A DNA stretch of 42,265 nt from an uncultured Candidatus Saccharibacteria bacterium (GTDB lineage: Bacteria > Patescibacteriota > Minisyncoccia > Phycocordibacterales > Phycocordibacteraceae): positions 1-42,265 of the forward strand of contig CAYTKJ010000002.1 of the NCBI GenBank assembly GCA_964438675.1. The letters are read 5' to 3'. Below the pieces are notes generated by a model that made no database searches, was not told the origin of the DNA, and saw only the letters and a list, made by a program, of their open reading frames with translations. The first letter of the stretch is position 1. Every line of letters begins with the position of its first letter. Position numbers and translations under genes: made by a program. Of the stretch, positions 8,800-16,833 are shown piece by piece.

Positions 8800-10624
8800 A
8801 ATTCTTGGTATCGATCTTGGCACCACGAACTCCGCGATGGCCATCATTGAGGGCGGCGAGCCGCGCATTATAGAAAACGCTGAAGGCAATCGAACGACAC
8901 CATCGGTCGTGGCGCTCTCCAAAACTAACGAGCGACTTGCGGGACTCATTGCTAAACGTCAGGCAGTCACCAATCCTAAGAATACAGTCTACCAGATCAA
9001 GCGCTTTATCGGTCACACCTTCGATGAGGCTGGGGTCGAGAAGGACAGGAAATCAGTGCCATTCGAGATGCGTAAGTCTGCAAACGACGGCATTGAGGTG
9101 CAGATGGGAGATAAGTGGTATTCCCCTGAGGAGGCGTCTGCAATGATACTTTCGAAGCTCAAGCGTGACGCGGAAGCAAAGCTTGGTGAGCCTATCACAC
9201 AGGCTGTGATTACCGTGCCTGCCTACTTTAACGATACACAACGCCAAGCTACCAAGGATGCAGGAAGAATTGCTGGACTCGAGGTTATGCGCATTATCCC
9301 AGAACCGACCGCAGCAGCACTCGCATACGGATTTGATAAGAAGAAGGACGAGAAAATTGCGGTTTTCGACTTCGGTGGTGGTACGTTTGATATCTCGGTC
9401 CTTGAGGTTGGTGCAGATGTCATAGAAGTTAAATCCGTAGATGGAGACGCGCACCTCGGAGGCAAAGACCTTGATCAAAAGATTATGGAGTGGCTTGCGG
9501 GCGAATTTAAAAAGGAGTCTGGTATCGACGTGCTTACTGACCCACTGGCACGTCAGCGTCTAGATGAGGCTGCAGAGAAGGCAAAAATCGAGCTTTCTAC
9601 AGCGGTCGAAACTGAAGTAAACATTCCATTCATCACCTCTGACGCCTCTGGTCCTCGACACCTACTTATTAAAATGAGCCGTTCCAAGCTTGAAGAGCTT
9701 GCGCGAGAGTATGTTGACCGCGCGATGCTCATTACAAAACGTGCGATGGACGCGTCACCGTTTAAGGTGGGTGATATAGATGAAGTGGTGCTCGTCGGTG
9801 GACAGACACGCATGCCTGCGATTCAGGCAGCCGTTGAGCAGTTCTTTGGCAGAAAGCCGCACATGGGCGTGAACCCAGACGAAGTGGTGGCAATCGGTGC
9901 CGCAATACAGGGAGGCATTCTTCAGGGAGATGTAAAAGACGTCCTTCTGCTTGATGTCATTCCACTCTCACTCGGCATCGAGACTATGGGCGGTGTAGCG
10001 ACAAAGCTCATTGAGCGCAACACCACCATACCAACCTCAAAGTCACAAACCTTTTCGACTGCCGCAGACAATCAGACATCTGTAGAAATACACGTTATCC
10101 AAGGCGAGCGCGCAATGGTGAACGACAACAAATCCCTGGGCCGCTTCCATCTCGATGGGATCGCGCCCGCGCCGCGTGGCATGCCGCAAGTCGAAGTCTC
10201 ATTTGATGTCGACGCAAACGGTATTTTGTCTGTGAAGGCAAAGGACAAGGCAACAAACAAGGAGCAGTCAATACGCATTGAGGCTCGCTCAGGACTTTCT
10301 GACGCTGACATTGAACGAATGACAGCAGATGCTGAGGCGCACGCTGACCAAGATAAGGCCGCGCGGGAGCTTGCTGAGGTGCGGAATATTGCCGACTCAA
10401 CCATTTACACTGCTGAAAAAGCACTTACCGATCATGCGGCGACGGTGTCCGGAGAGGTAAAGAAAAGCATAGAAGACGCTCTAGCGGAGGTTCGTAAAGT
10501 AAAAGATGGGGCAGATGTGGTACTCATACGTTCGGCAACTGAGCGACTTTTGGCCGAAGTACAAAAGATTCCAACGACAGAACAAACCACTCCACCAAGC
10601 GATAACACAGAGCCGCAGAGCTAA
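8792..10624 (+). CDS. dnaK: molecular chaperone DnaK (Hsp70)
   Basis: 610-aa ORF with Hsp70 signatures ([27 protein letters not shown]). Confidence 0.98.
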   Translation: MSKILGIDLGTTNSAMAIIEGGEPRIIENAEGNRTTPSVVALSKTNERLAGLIAKRQAVTNPKNTVYQIKRFIGHTFDEAGVEKDRKSVPFEMRKSANDGIEVQMGDKWYSPEEASAMILSKLKRDAEAKLGEPITQAVITVPAYFNDTQRQATKDAGRIAGLEVMRIIPEPTAAALAYGFDKKKDEKIAVFDFGGGTFDISVLEVGADVIEVKSVDGDAHLGGKDLDQKIMEWLAGEFKKESGIDVLTDPLARQRLDEAAEKAKIELSTAVETEVNIPFITSDASGPRHLLIKMSRSKLEELAREYVDRAMLITKRAMDASPFKVGDIDEVVLVGGQTRMPAIQAAVEQFFGRKPHMGVNPDEVVAIGAAIQGGILQGDVKDVLLLDVIPLSLGIETMGGVATKLIERNTTIPTSKSQTFSTAADNQTSVEIHVIQGERAMVNDNKSLGRFHLDGIAPAPRGMPQVEVSFDVDANGILSVKAKDKATNKEQSIRIEARSGLSDADIERMTADAEAHADQDKAARELAEVRNIADSTIYTAEKALTDHAATVSGEVKKSIEDALAEVRKVKDGADVVLIRSATERLLAEVQKIPTTEQTTPPSDNTEPQS

Positions 10625-11694
10625 TGGCCGACTTTTATGCAGTGCTGGGGGTAGATAAAAAAGCGTCGAAAGACGAAATTAAAAAAGCATTTCATAAACT
10701 TGCGCACAAGTACCACCCAGACAAACCAGGTGGAGATGAAAAACGATTTAAGGAGGCCAGCGAGGCATACGCAGTGCTTTCAGATGAGAAAAAACGTGCC
10801 GAGTATGATATGTATGGACACGCCTCGACAGGTCAGGGAGGGCAGGGGTTTGGCGGATTCGATTTCTCGCAGTTCTCAGGCTTCGGTGGGCAGCAGGGGT
10901 TTGAGATAAATATCGATGACATGTTTGGCGGGTTTTCTGACATCTTTGGTGGAGGACGAGCTCGTCGTGAGAAGCGAGGCAGGGACATATCAGTTGATAT
11001 TGAACTCAGTTTTAAGGAGTCAATTTTTGGTCATGAGCGACGCGTGTTGCTTACCAAAGACGTTGCCTGCGGTCGTTGTTCTGGAAATGGTGCTGAGCCT
11101 GGGACAAAACTAAAAACGTGTGACACCTGTGGCGGTAAGGGCGCAGTAGCTGAGTCGCAACGCTCTCCGTTCGGTGTTTTCTCTGTCTCTCGTGAGTGTT
11201 CTACCTGCCATGGACGTAAGCAGGTGCCAGAAAAAGCGTGTTCACAGTGTCGGGGTCGTGGTATCGAGCGCAAGGAAAACGAAGTCGTCGTCTCTGTACC
11301 ATCAGGTATTGAAGACGGACAAGCGATACGCCTGTCACAGATGGGTGAAGCAACTGCGGGGGGCAAGTCGGGAGATCTCTATGTGCGTGTTCGTGTTGTT
11401 CCAGATAAACGTTTTAGGCGGGAGGGGTATCATCTGATTACTGACTTATCGATCAAGGTTACTGATGCTCTGTTGGGTGGTGCATACACGATTGAGACCC
11501 TTGATGGACCTCAGGCGCTCTCTGTCCCTCCGCTGAAATCTATTGACGAACTGGTACGAATTAAAGGTAAGGGCGTGCCTATGGGCAACAGTAAGCGAGG
11601 GGACCTAATTGTGCGACTGCGTGTCGAGCTTCCACGTACACTTTCTCGCGACGCTCAAGAGTTGTTGAAAAAGTTGAAGGTGGAGGGGATTTAA
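10624..11694 (+). CDS. dnaJ: molecular chaperone DnaJ
   Basis: 356-aa ORF with a J-domain (HPD), a G/F-rich linker, and four CxxCxGxG-type repeats ([32 protein letters not shown]). Confidence 0.96.
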   Translation: MADFYAVLGVDKKASKDEIKKAFHKLAHKYHPDKPGGDEKRFKEASEAYAVLSDEKKRAEYDMYGHASTGQGGQGFGGFDFSQFSGFGGQQGFEINIDDMFGGFSDIFGGGRARREKRGRDISVDIELSFKESIFGHERRVLLTKDVACGRCSGNGAEPGTKLKTCDTCGGKGAVAESQRSPFGVFSVSRECSTCHGRKQVPEKACSQCRGRGIERKENEVVVSVPSGIEDGQAIRLSQMGEATAGGKSGDLYVRVRVVPDKRFRREGYHLITDLSIKVTDALLGGAYTIETLDGPQALSVPPLKSIDELVRIKGKGVPMGNSKRGDLIVRLRVELPRTLSRDAQELLKKLKVEGI

Positions 11695-11695
11695 A

Positions 11696-12112
11696 ATGCA
11701 TAAACGCTACGTTGCTGCTGTAATTTTCGATACTCATAATCGAGTTCTTTTATGTAAGCGTGCCATGTACAAAAAGATTGCACCTGGTATGTGGCATTTG
11801 CCCGGTGGGGCTGTCGAGGCTGGTGAAACTGATGAGGAAGCACTGGGTCGTGAACTTAAAGAAGAGCTCGGGTTAGCATCTACTCACATGATGAGCACGG
11901 GTATTAAGATTGAAAAGACAGAAACTCTAATCTTTGTGGTTCAGATTGGTAGCCAGGTGCCAATGGTCAAGAATCAAGAAAATAGCGACTTGCAATTTGT
12001 AGCCATTGCACACATCGCACAGTACCTAGAGCCCGACCTAGTCAGCAATTATGTTAGTGCAGCAGTAGAGTCATTGCGAGTGTTGAAAACATTGAACTCC
12101 GAACGAGAATGA
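11696..12112 (+). CDS. NUDIX hydrolase (paralog 1)
   Basis: 138-aa ORF with a complete NUDIX box, GAVEAGETDEEALGRELKEELGL. GGAGGGG SD-like motif upstream. Confidence 0.85.
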   Translation: MHKRYVAAVIFDTHNRVLLCKRAMYKKIAPGMWHLPGGAVEAGETDEEALGRELKEELGLASTHMMSTGIKIEKTETLIFVVQIGSQVPMVKNQENSDLQFVAIAHIAQYLEPDLVSNYVSAAVESLRVLKTLNSERE

Positions 12113-12131
12113 CGTATAGTGATGCATAGCT

Positions 12132-12638
12132 ATGGACCCACAAGGTGCCACACCTCAGGTCGGAGACGCGCTCAAGTCGAGCGTCGATCTTGTGATCGCA
12201 TTCGGTTCTGATTTCATTGCCTTCATCATCCTCGCCGCGCTCGTCGCGGCGTTTGCTTTTTACTTTGGGCGTGACAGACTTTTACCACTCATCGCGGGAG
12301 TGTACGCTGCAGTGCCTCTGTACACCTTCTTTCCGTTTATGTTGGTCCTCGGCCCTAACCCGTGGCTCCACCTCGGCCTCTTTGCGGCACTCGTCGGTGT
12401 GGGTATTGTCGCGTTCCTTGGCCTTGCAAGCTGGGTGCCGTCGTATGGCATAGGACTCGCTAAAGTACTCGGCTTATCTGCGCTTACGGCAGGCCTCATA
12501 CTTGGTATCGCTATTAATATGCTCCCACTCCACGAGGTCTACGCAGTAAGTGCCCCGACTGCTGCACTCTTTTCAGCCAAGTACTTCTTTTACTGGCTCC
12601 TCGCTGGTGTGAGTGGTGCCCTTATACTAGGGAGATAG
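12132..12638 (+). CDS. hypothetical polytopic membrane protein
   Basis: 168-aa ORF with about five hydrophobic helices. TATAGT at 12115-12120. No family recognised. Confidence 0.6.
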   Translation: MDPQGATPQVGDALKSSVDLVIAFGSDFIAFIILAALVAAFAFYFGRDRLLPLIAGVYAAVPLYTFFPFMLVLGPNPWLHLGLFAALVGVGIVAFLGLASWVPSYGIGLAKVLGLSALTAGLILGIAINMLPLHEVYAVSAPTAALFSAKYFFYWLLAGVSGALILGR

Positions 12639-12645
12639 TCTCAAT

Positions 12646-14025
12646 TTAGATCTTTCCCAACCCGCTTATCGCACCATTACTAATGGTGACGGTTGATCCT
12701 GCAAAGTACGGTGTGAGTGAATCACCATCAGTTGTTCCGTCGCTGGTAAGGAAGACTGAATTACCACTCACGTCAGTGTTTGCCTCTGGTGTAGGGAAGA
12801 CTCCAAACCCAAACTGAGAGCCGATGAGTAGCAGGTCTGTGCCGCTCTCGAGGTCAAACTGTACGGTTCTGCCTGAACCAGATGTAGTCAGATCACCTTC
12901 AACATAGAAATCCACAGACGACCCCTTTTGTATGTAAATGTGCTCAGGGAACGTTGTCGTATAGTAGCGATCTTCTACCTCAGCAGCATATCGGACGCCG
13001 CCTATAACGGTTGCAACATTCGAGATGTCAGACTCAGAAGCAGAGCCGCTCTGGCGCCAGGTGATCGCCGCAAGCGTCATGTCTTCTGCTGAGCCAGCTG
13101 AAATTCTAATTCCTGAGAAGCGAACCCCTTTATCCTGGATGTATCGTGTGCGTTGCGCGCGTGGGTCGTCGCTTGAGAGCATGACCGTAGCAGTTCCGAT
13201 GGTGAGGGTGTTATTCATTGACTGGTACGTACCAAGAAAGGGGACAAAGCCCACTGGCTCGTGTGATCCCGTAATCGCTGTAACCTTAAGCGCTGCAAGT
13301 TCTCCCACACGATCTGTTAAATCGCTGGCCATGTCACCAGTGATTCGGAGTACTCGTGTTTCGTTTGCTGGGATTATAAATTCCTCATTGAACACCGCTC
13401 TGTGGTTAGCGTTAAAATACGCATCGTCGATGTAAAAGCCATCTTCATCCAGTAGTCCAATATTGGCAAAGGCAGAGTCGCTAGACGGGCCTGTTCGTTC
13501 CACAGTCACTGAGTTGATTGTCACATCTTCATCCCCAGCGCTAAACGCAACATGTGTAAATGGCACATGAAGAGCCCCTTTCGGCGCAAGTGTCGGCCGT
13601 GGCTGTTCTGGCGCACGCGTCACAGTCAGTGCGGGGTGTTTGGTCGTCGCGCCTAGCACGCTACCAGTGCAGAGTGTTGCGAGTTTTGCTCTTGTAAGCG
13701 CTCCGACGTAACCTGAGCCTCGGGAGAGCCCAGCAGGGGTAAGAATGTCTGATGCGTACCTCTCTTGGAACTTTATGACAGCCGCCCTAGTTTTTGCACC
13801 AAAATAATCAGACTCATTACCAGGCGCACCAGTGCCAGAAATAGCGACCTGAGTCTCAGGATAGCGGTTCAAGAGTGTCTGTAGTACCCGTACGCTGTCT
13901 GAGCGCGCCCCAAATACAAGTGCAGTGGACGATATTTCACACGTAGATGCGTGCGTCGTAAAAGGTGTCGCCATTGCTACAAAAAGGGCTAGTCCTAAAA
14001 ATAGCCAACCAGGTATGGTTTTCAT
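12646..14025 (-). CDS. secreted protein with N-terminal peptidoglycan-binding domain and two tandem beta-rich repeat modules
   Basis: ATG at 14025 (MKTIPGWLFLGLALFVAMA, a signal peptide), preceded by TATACT + 6 nt; the longer ORF to 14058 starts with TTG. PG_binding_1-like motif GARSDSVRVLQTLLN....GAKTRAAVIKFQ. Internal duplication described in findings. Confidence 0.7.
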   Translation of the reverse strand: MKTIPGWLFLGLALFVAMATPFTTHASTCEISSTALVFGARSDSVRVLQTLLNRYPETQVAISGTGAPGNESDYFGAKTRAAVIKFQERYASDILTPAGLSRGSGYVGALTRAKLATLCTGSVLGATTKHPALTVTRAPEQPRPTLAPKGALHVPFTHVAFSAGDEDVTINSVTVERTGPSSDSAFANIGLLDEDGFYIDDAYFNANHRAVFNEEFIIPANETRVLRITGDMASDLTDRVGELAALKVTAITGSHEPVGFVPFLGTYQSMNNTLTIGTATVMLSSDDPRAQRTRYIQDKGVRFSGIRISAGSAEDMTLAAITWRQSGSASESDISNVATVIGGVRYAAEVEDRYYTTTFPEHIYIQKGSSVDFYVEGDLTTSGSGRTVQFDLESGTDLLLIGSQFGFGVFPTPEANTDVSGNSVFLTSDGTTDGDSLTPYFAGSTVTISNGAISGLGKI

Positions 14026-14110
14026 GTGGTAAGTATAATATATCTGCAGCCTAGTCAACCTATGGTTGTGTATAGGGAAAGTCAGAAATGTGTTTAAGGG
14101 CCGCGATTCC

Positions 14111-14428
14111 CTACTTCTTTTTTTCTGGCTTACTATTGCCTAGAATCAACTGGACAACATATGGAATAGTTTCGAAGACTCCGCTGGCCCCCATACTGGG
14201 CATTCCGTTTCTGGTGATCCAGGAATCATCCCATACAGAGGCCGTAATTAGGGTACCAGCAATTGCGCAATACGAGTTAACAAATTTAGAGAAGCGGACC
14301 TTTTCAGATTTTGAAAAGACGCCAAACCACCCGAGCAATCCGAACATCAAAAGTCCAGCAGACCCCAGATCGTCCTGAGTCATTCCGACTGTAGAGAGGG
14401 CCTCTGCGATAGAACCTTCAAGCGCCAT
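14111..14428 (-). CDS. hypothetical small membrane protein, holin-like topology
   Basis: 105 aa from the ATG at 14428, preceded by TGCTACAGT + 6 nt. Three hydrophobic segments and a strongly basic tail (GNSKPEKKK). A 96-aa ORF overlaps on the opposite strand, so the coding strand is not fully certain. Confidence 0.4.
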   Translation of the reverse strand: MALEGSIAEALSTVGMTQDDLGSAGLLMFGLLGWFGVFSKSEKVRFSKFVNSYCAIAGTLITASVWDDSWITRNGMPSMGASGVFETIPYVVQLILGNSKPEKKK

Positions 14429-14461
14429 GCAATAACTGTAGCATAGCTTCACGAAATGTCC

Positions 14462-14481
14462 AGTACCGCTATAGCGGTACT
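14462..14481. repeat. perfect 20-bp palindrome AGTACCGCTATAGCGGTACT spanning the EamA stop codon
   Basis: Read directly: positions 14462-14471 are the exact reverse complement of 14472-14481. Confidence 0.9.
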
Positions 14482-15395
14482 AAATTGATAATTAGAGCGC
14501 CAATTATCATGACGCAAATCAAAATACCTTTCGCTAAAAAGTCGCGAGACACTACAGTAAATGGTCGAATGATGTGCGGCGCATAAGCGATACCAATAAG
14601 ACAGTAAACAAAAAGAAATACGGGTTGAAATGAGCTTACCGAATAAACGAGTGCAAGTGGAGCCAGCAGCGTCGCATAGTTAAGCACTAAATCAGAACCC
14701 ACCATTGTTATCTCAGCGGTCAAATTTAAACCCACAGTCTTCAATCTCCGCTCTCTGATGACATGGAGAAAATTAAAACGATAGTTGGGCACCGCAAGAA
14801 ATAGAAGAAGGCCAAAAAATGTAGAACCAACATACTCCCAGAATTGTGTTGCCCAATAACCGTAATCAAGGGCAACGAATTTAAAGAGCGCTCCACTCAG
14901 CGCAAGGAGGAACGATGAGAGGAGTGCTAATTGTAAGCCTCTCATATTTACCCTTAGTCGATGGTTTGTATTGAATTCAATGGAAAGCAATAATGCTGCG
15001 GAAACTATAACTAGTGATCCTAGTATTTGAGCATGTCCAAGAACCTCATTAAGTATTAGGAAACCAAATGCAAACCCGAATACTGGTACAGTTTGTAGAA
15101 CTGGAACTACAGAAATTACGTCTGCCTTATCGATTGCATGCAGATAGAGCAGAAGAGCGCCAACAGTGAGTGTGCCATTGAAGACAAGCAACACTATGTG
15201 AGTGAACGGCAAACTGAAGACTCTATCACCAATTAACAGTGAGATGGGTAATACCAGAATTCCGAATAGACAAGAAAAAAGCACGACACTCCCGACACCA
15301 CTTTCGTTGCCCTTCCCAGATATAAGATATTTGTCCAAATAGTTACCGAATGCAGAAAGAGCTGGAGATGCAAGTGTTATATAGAGCCAGAACAT
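14469..15395 (-). CDS. EamA/DMT-family transporter
   Basis: 308-aa ORF with about ten TM helices arranged as two similar halves, typical of drug/metabolite transporter (EamA repeat) proteins. It begins 43 nt downstream of the amidinotransferase on the same strand, with no hairpin between them. Confidence 0.82.
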   Translation of the reverse strand: MFWLYITLASPALSAFGNYLDKYLISGKGNESGVGSVVLFSCLFGILVLPISLLIGDRVFSLPFTHIVLLVFNGTLTVGALLLYLHAIDKADVISVVPVLQTVPVFGFAFGFLILNEVLGHAQILGSLVIVSAALLLSIEFNTNHRLRVNMRGLQLALLSSFLLALSGALFKFVALDYGYWATQFWEYVGSTFFGLLLFLAVPNYRFNFLHVIRERRLKTVGLNLTAEITMVGSDLVLNYATLLAPLALVYSVSSFQPVFLFVYCLIGIAYAPHIIRPFTVVSRDFLAKGILICVMIIGALIINLVPL

Positions 15396-15438
15396 ATCTA
15401 CGGGCTTGTGCCAGTATAAAAAAATTTAATTGAATACA

Positions 15439-16572
15439 CTAGAAATATGATTGCAGTGAACCCCTGCGACGTATGTCGAGCGTCGCACAATGAATTGATC
15501 CGCCAAATGGGTAAAAGTCCCTAAATGGAACTGGTATCGGGTCAAAGCCCCATTTGACCAAAGCATCAATCATCGGCTGTTCACTTGCTTCAACCATAAC
15601 TTTCTTCTCGTCGATACTTAGCATGTTCATTGTTAGCCAATCGCTAGAAAAGTAGAGTCCAGAATCATATGGCTGCATCGGTTGTGGTGCAATTAATATG
15701 TCCCACGATTTAAATTGTGACGGAATTTTTGTCACCCAAGTCGGATTAATTAACAATTTTCCTGGCGCTAGTGGAACGATAGTGGTGTCAATGTGCATCG
15801 GGTGTGTATCACCAAACTCCACTTCATGTACACTGTACTGCTCACCAATGTGGCGCCGCACCCACTCTATTCCTTTTGCATTTGTTACTTGACTCTTTTG
15901 CACGAAAAGATCCTGACCGCAACGAACAAAGTCCGCCGCATCAAACGCAATCTCGGTGTTCGAAATTACGAATTGTTTTACACCATTTATAGTGTGTTGA
16001 TCAGAGTGATACTTTGGGTCATAGAACTCACCCGCCATTGTTGGCTTCGGGGCTGCAAGCCATCGAGCACCTCGATCAAAATATTCTTGTATTAGCTTCC
16101 TGTAGGCAAATATCTCGAAATAACGAGTTCTCCATGCCATTGGAGCCTCAACAATAATATCTCCAACTACCATTGCAACATCACGTGGCATAGCAGCATA
16201 CAGGCCCGTACTGCGCCACCATGGAGTTTGGTAAGTAATTGAAAAATCAAATTGCTCTGGTCGTCTCACGACTATGTTCAGGCTTTCAAAAACTGAAACG
16301 AGATTGTTAAGTTGTAACGATGCCTTTTCGATCATTTCCTCCGGGAATGGTCTGCCGCCGTATTTTTTAAAAAACCAGGTCGCGTGGTCAGGTACTGTAG
16401 CCTCGAGTATTGAGTCCCAGGGAGGTACTATAGCCCCCTCAACTACACCTACTATTACTTCCTCAAGCGGATCCCACTCGTTATGGGACATCACGACCGA
16501 AGACACATCTCCACGGGATGCTTCACCGTCTTCCTTGTTTGTTTGTTCCATTCCTCTATCAATTATTGACAT
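15439..16572 (-). CDS. amidinotransferase of the glycine amidinotransferase (AGAT) / StrB1 family
   Basis: Motifs are collinear with AGAT/StrB1: NEWDPLEEVIVG, GLYAAMPRD, EAPMAWRTRYFE, APKPTMA, FDAADFVRCG, SQVTNAKGIEW, HPMHIDT, GGSIHCATLDIRRRGSLQSY (Asp/His/Cys triad context). Start uncertain: ATG at 16572 or 16551, TTG at 16590. Confidence 0.88.
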   Translation of the reverse strand: MSIIDRGMEQTNKEDGEASRGDVSSVVMSHNEWDPLEEVIVGVVEGAIVPPWDSILEATVPDHATWFFKKYGGRPFPEEMIEKASLQLNNLVSVFESLNIVVRRPEQFDFSITYQTPWWRSTGLYAAMPRDVAMVVGDIIVEAPMAWRTRYFEIFAYRKLIQEYFDRGARWLAAPKPTMAGEFYDPKYHSDQHTINGVKQFVISNTEIAFDAADFVRCGQDLFVQKSQVTNAKGIEWVRRHIGEQYSVHEVEFGDTHPMHIDTTIVPLAPGKLLINPTWVTKIPSQFKSWDILIAPQPMQPYDSGLYFSSDWLTMNMLSIDEKKVMVEASEQPMIDALVKWGFDPIPVPFRDFYPFGGSIHCATLDIRRRGSLQSYF

Positions 16573-16694
16573 ATAAAGTTCAATCTGCAATCAGCACAAG
16601 TAAAGCCCCATTGACTGCCATAATAACATAAAAGATCCACAAAACTAGCCTACATATTGAGCCGACCTCAAATCTCAATGTATTCTGTAAGTGG

Positions 16695-16829
16695 ATGGAC
16701 AGATATTCAAAATTACTTCTCATTGTGCTTGCTGTTATGTTGACAGTGTCAGTTGCTGTGACCTTTTGGAAGACAGTGATTCAAAAGGATTATAAAGTGA
16801 TACAGAGCGAAGACGCCTTGATGCGATAG
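16695..16829 (+). CDS. hypothetical 44-aa single-TM micro-ORF immediately upstream of the histidine kinase
   Basis: Absent from the track. My translation is MDRYSKLLLIVLAVMLTVSVAVTFWKTVIQKDYKVIQSEDALMR. TATTCT at 16681-16686 lies 8 nt before the ATG. The TAG stop is 4 nt before the HK ATG. Confidence 0.35.
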   Translation: MDRYSKLLLIVLAVMLTVSVAVTFWKTVIQKDYKVIQSEDALMR

Positions 16830-16833
16830 AAGT

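Noticed and set aside
14088-14378. A 96-aa plus-strand ORF overlapping the holin-like minus-strand ORF.
   Set aside because: It has no promoter-like box at its start and a Pro/Ser-rich C-terminus. The minus-strand ORF has an extended -10 box + 6 nt and a coherent TM topology. Strand choice remains somewhat uncertain.
16591-16694. TTGACT at about 16611 as a -35 box for the micro-ORF/kinase operon or the amidinotransferase.
   Set aside because: No TAnnnT hexamer lies at a 16-18-nt spacing on that strand. The TATTCT box at 16681-16686 is a better candidate.
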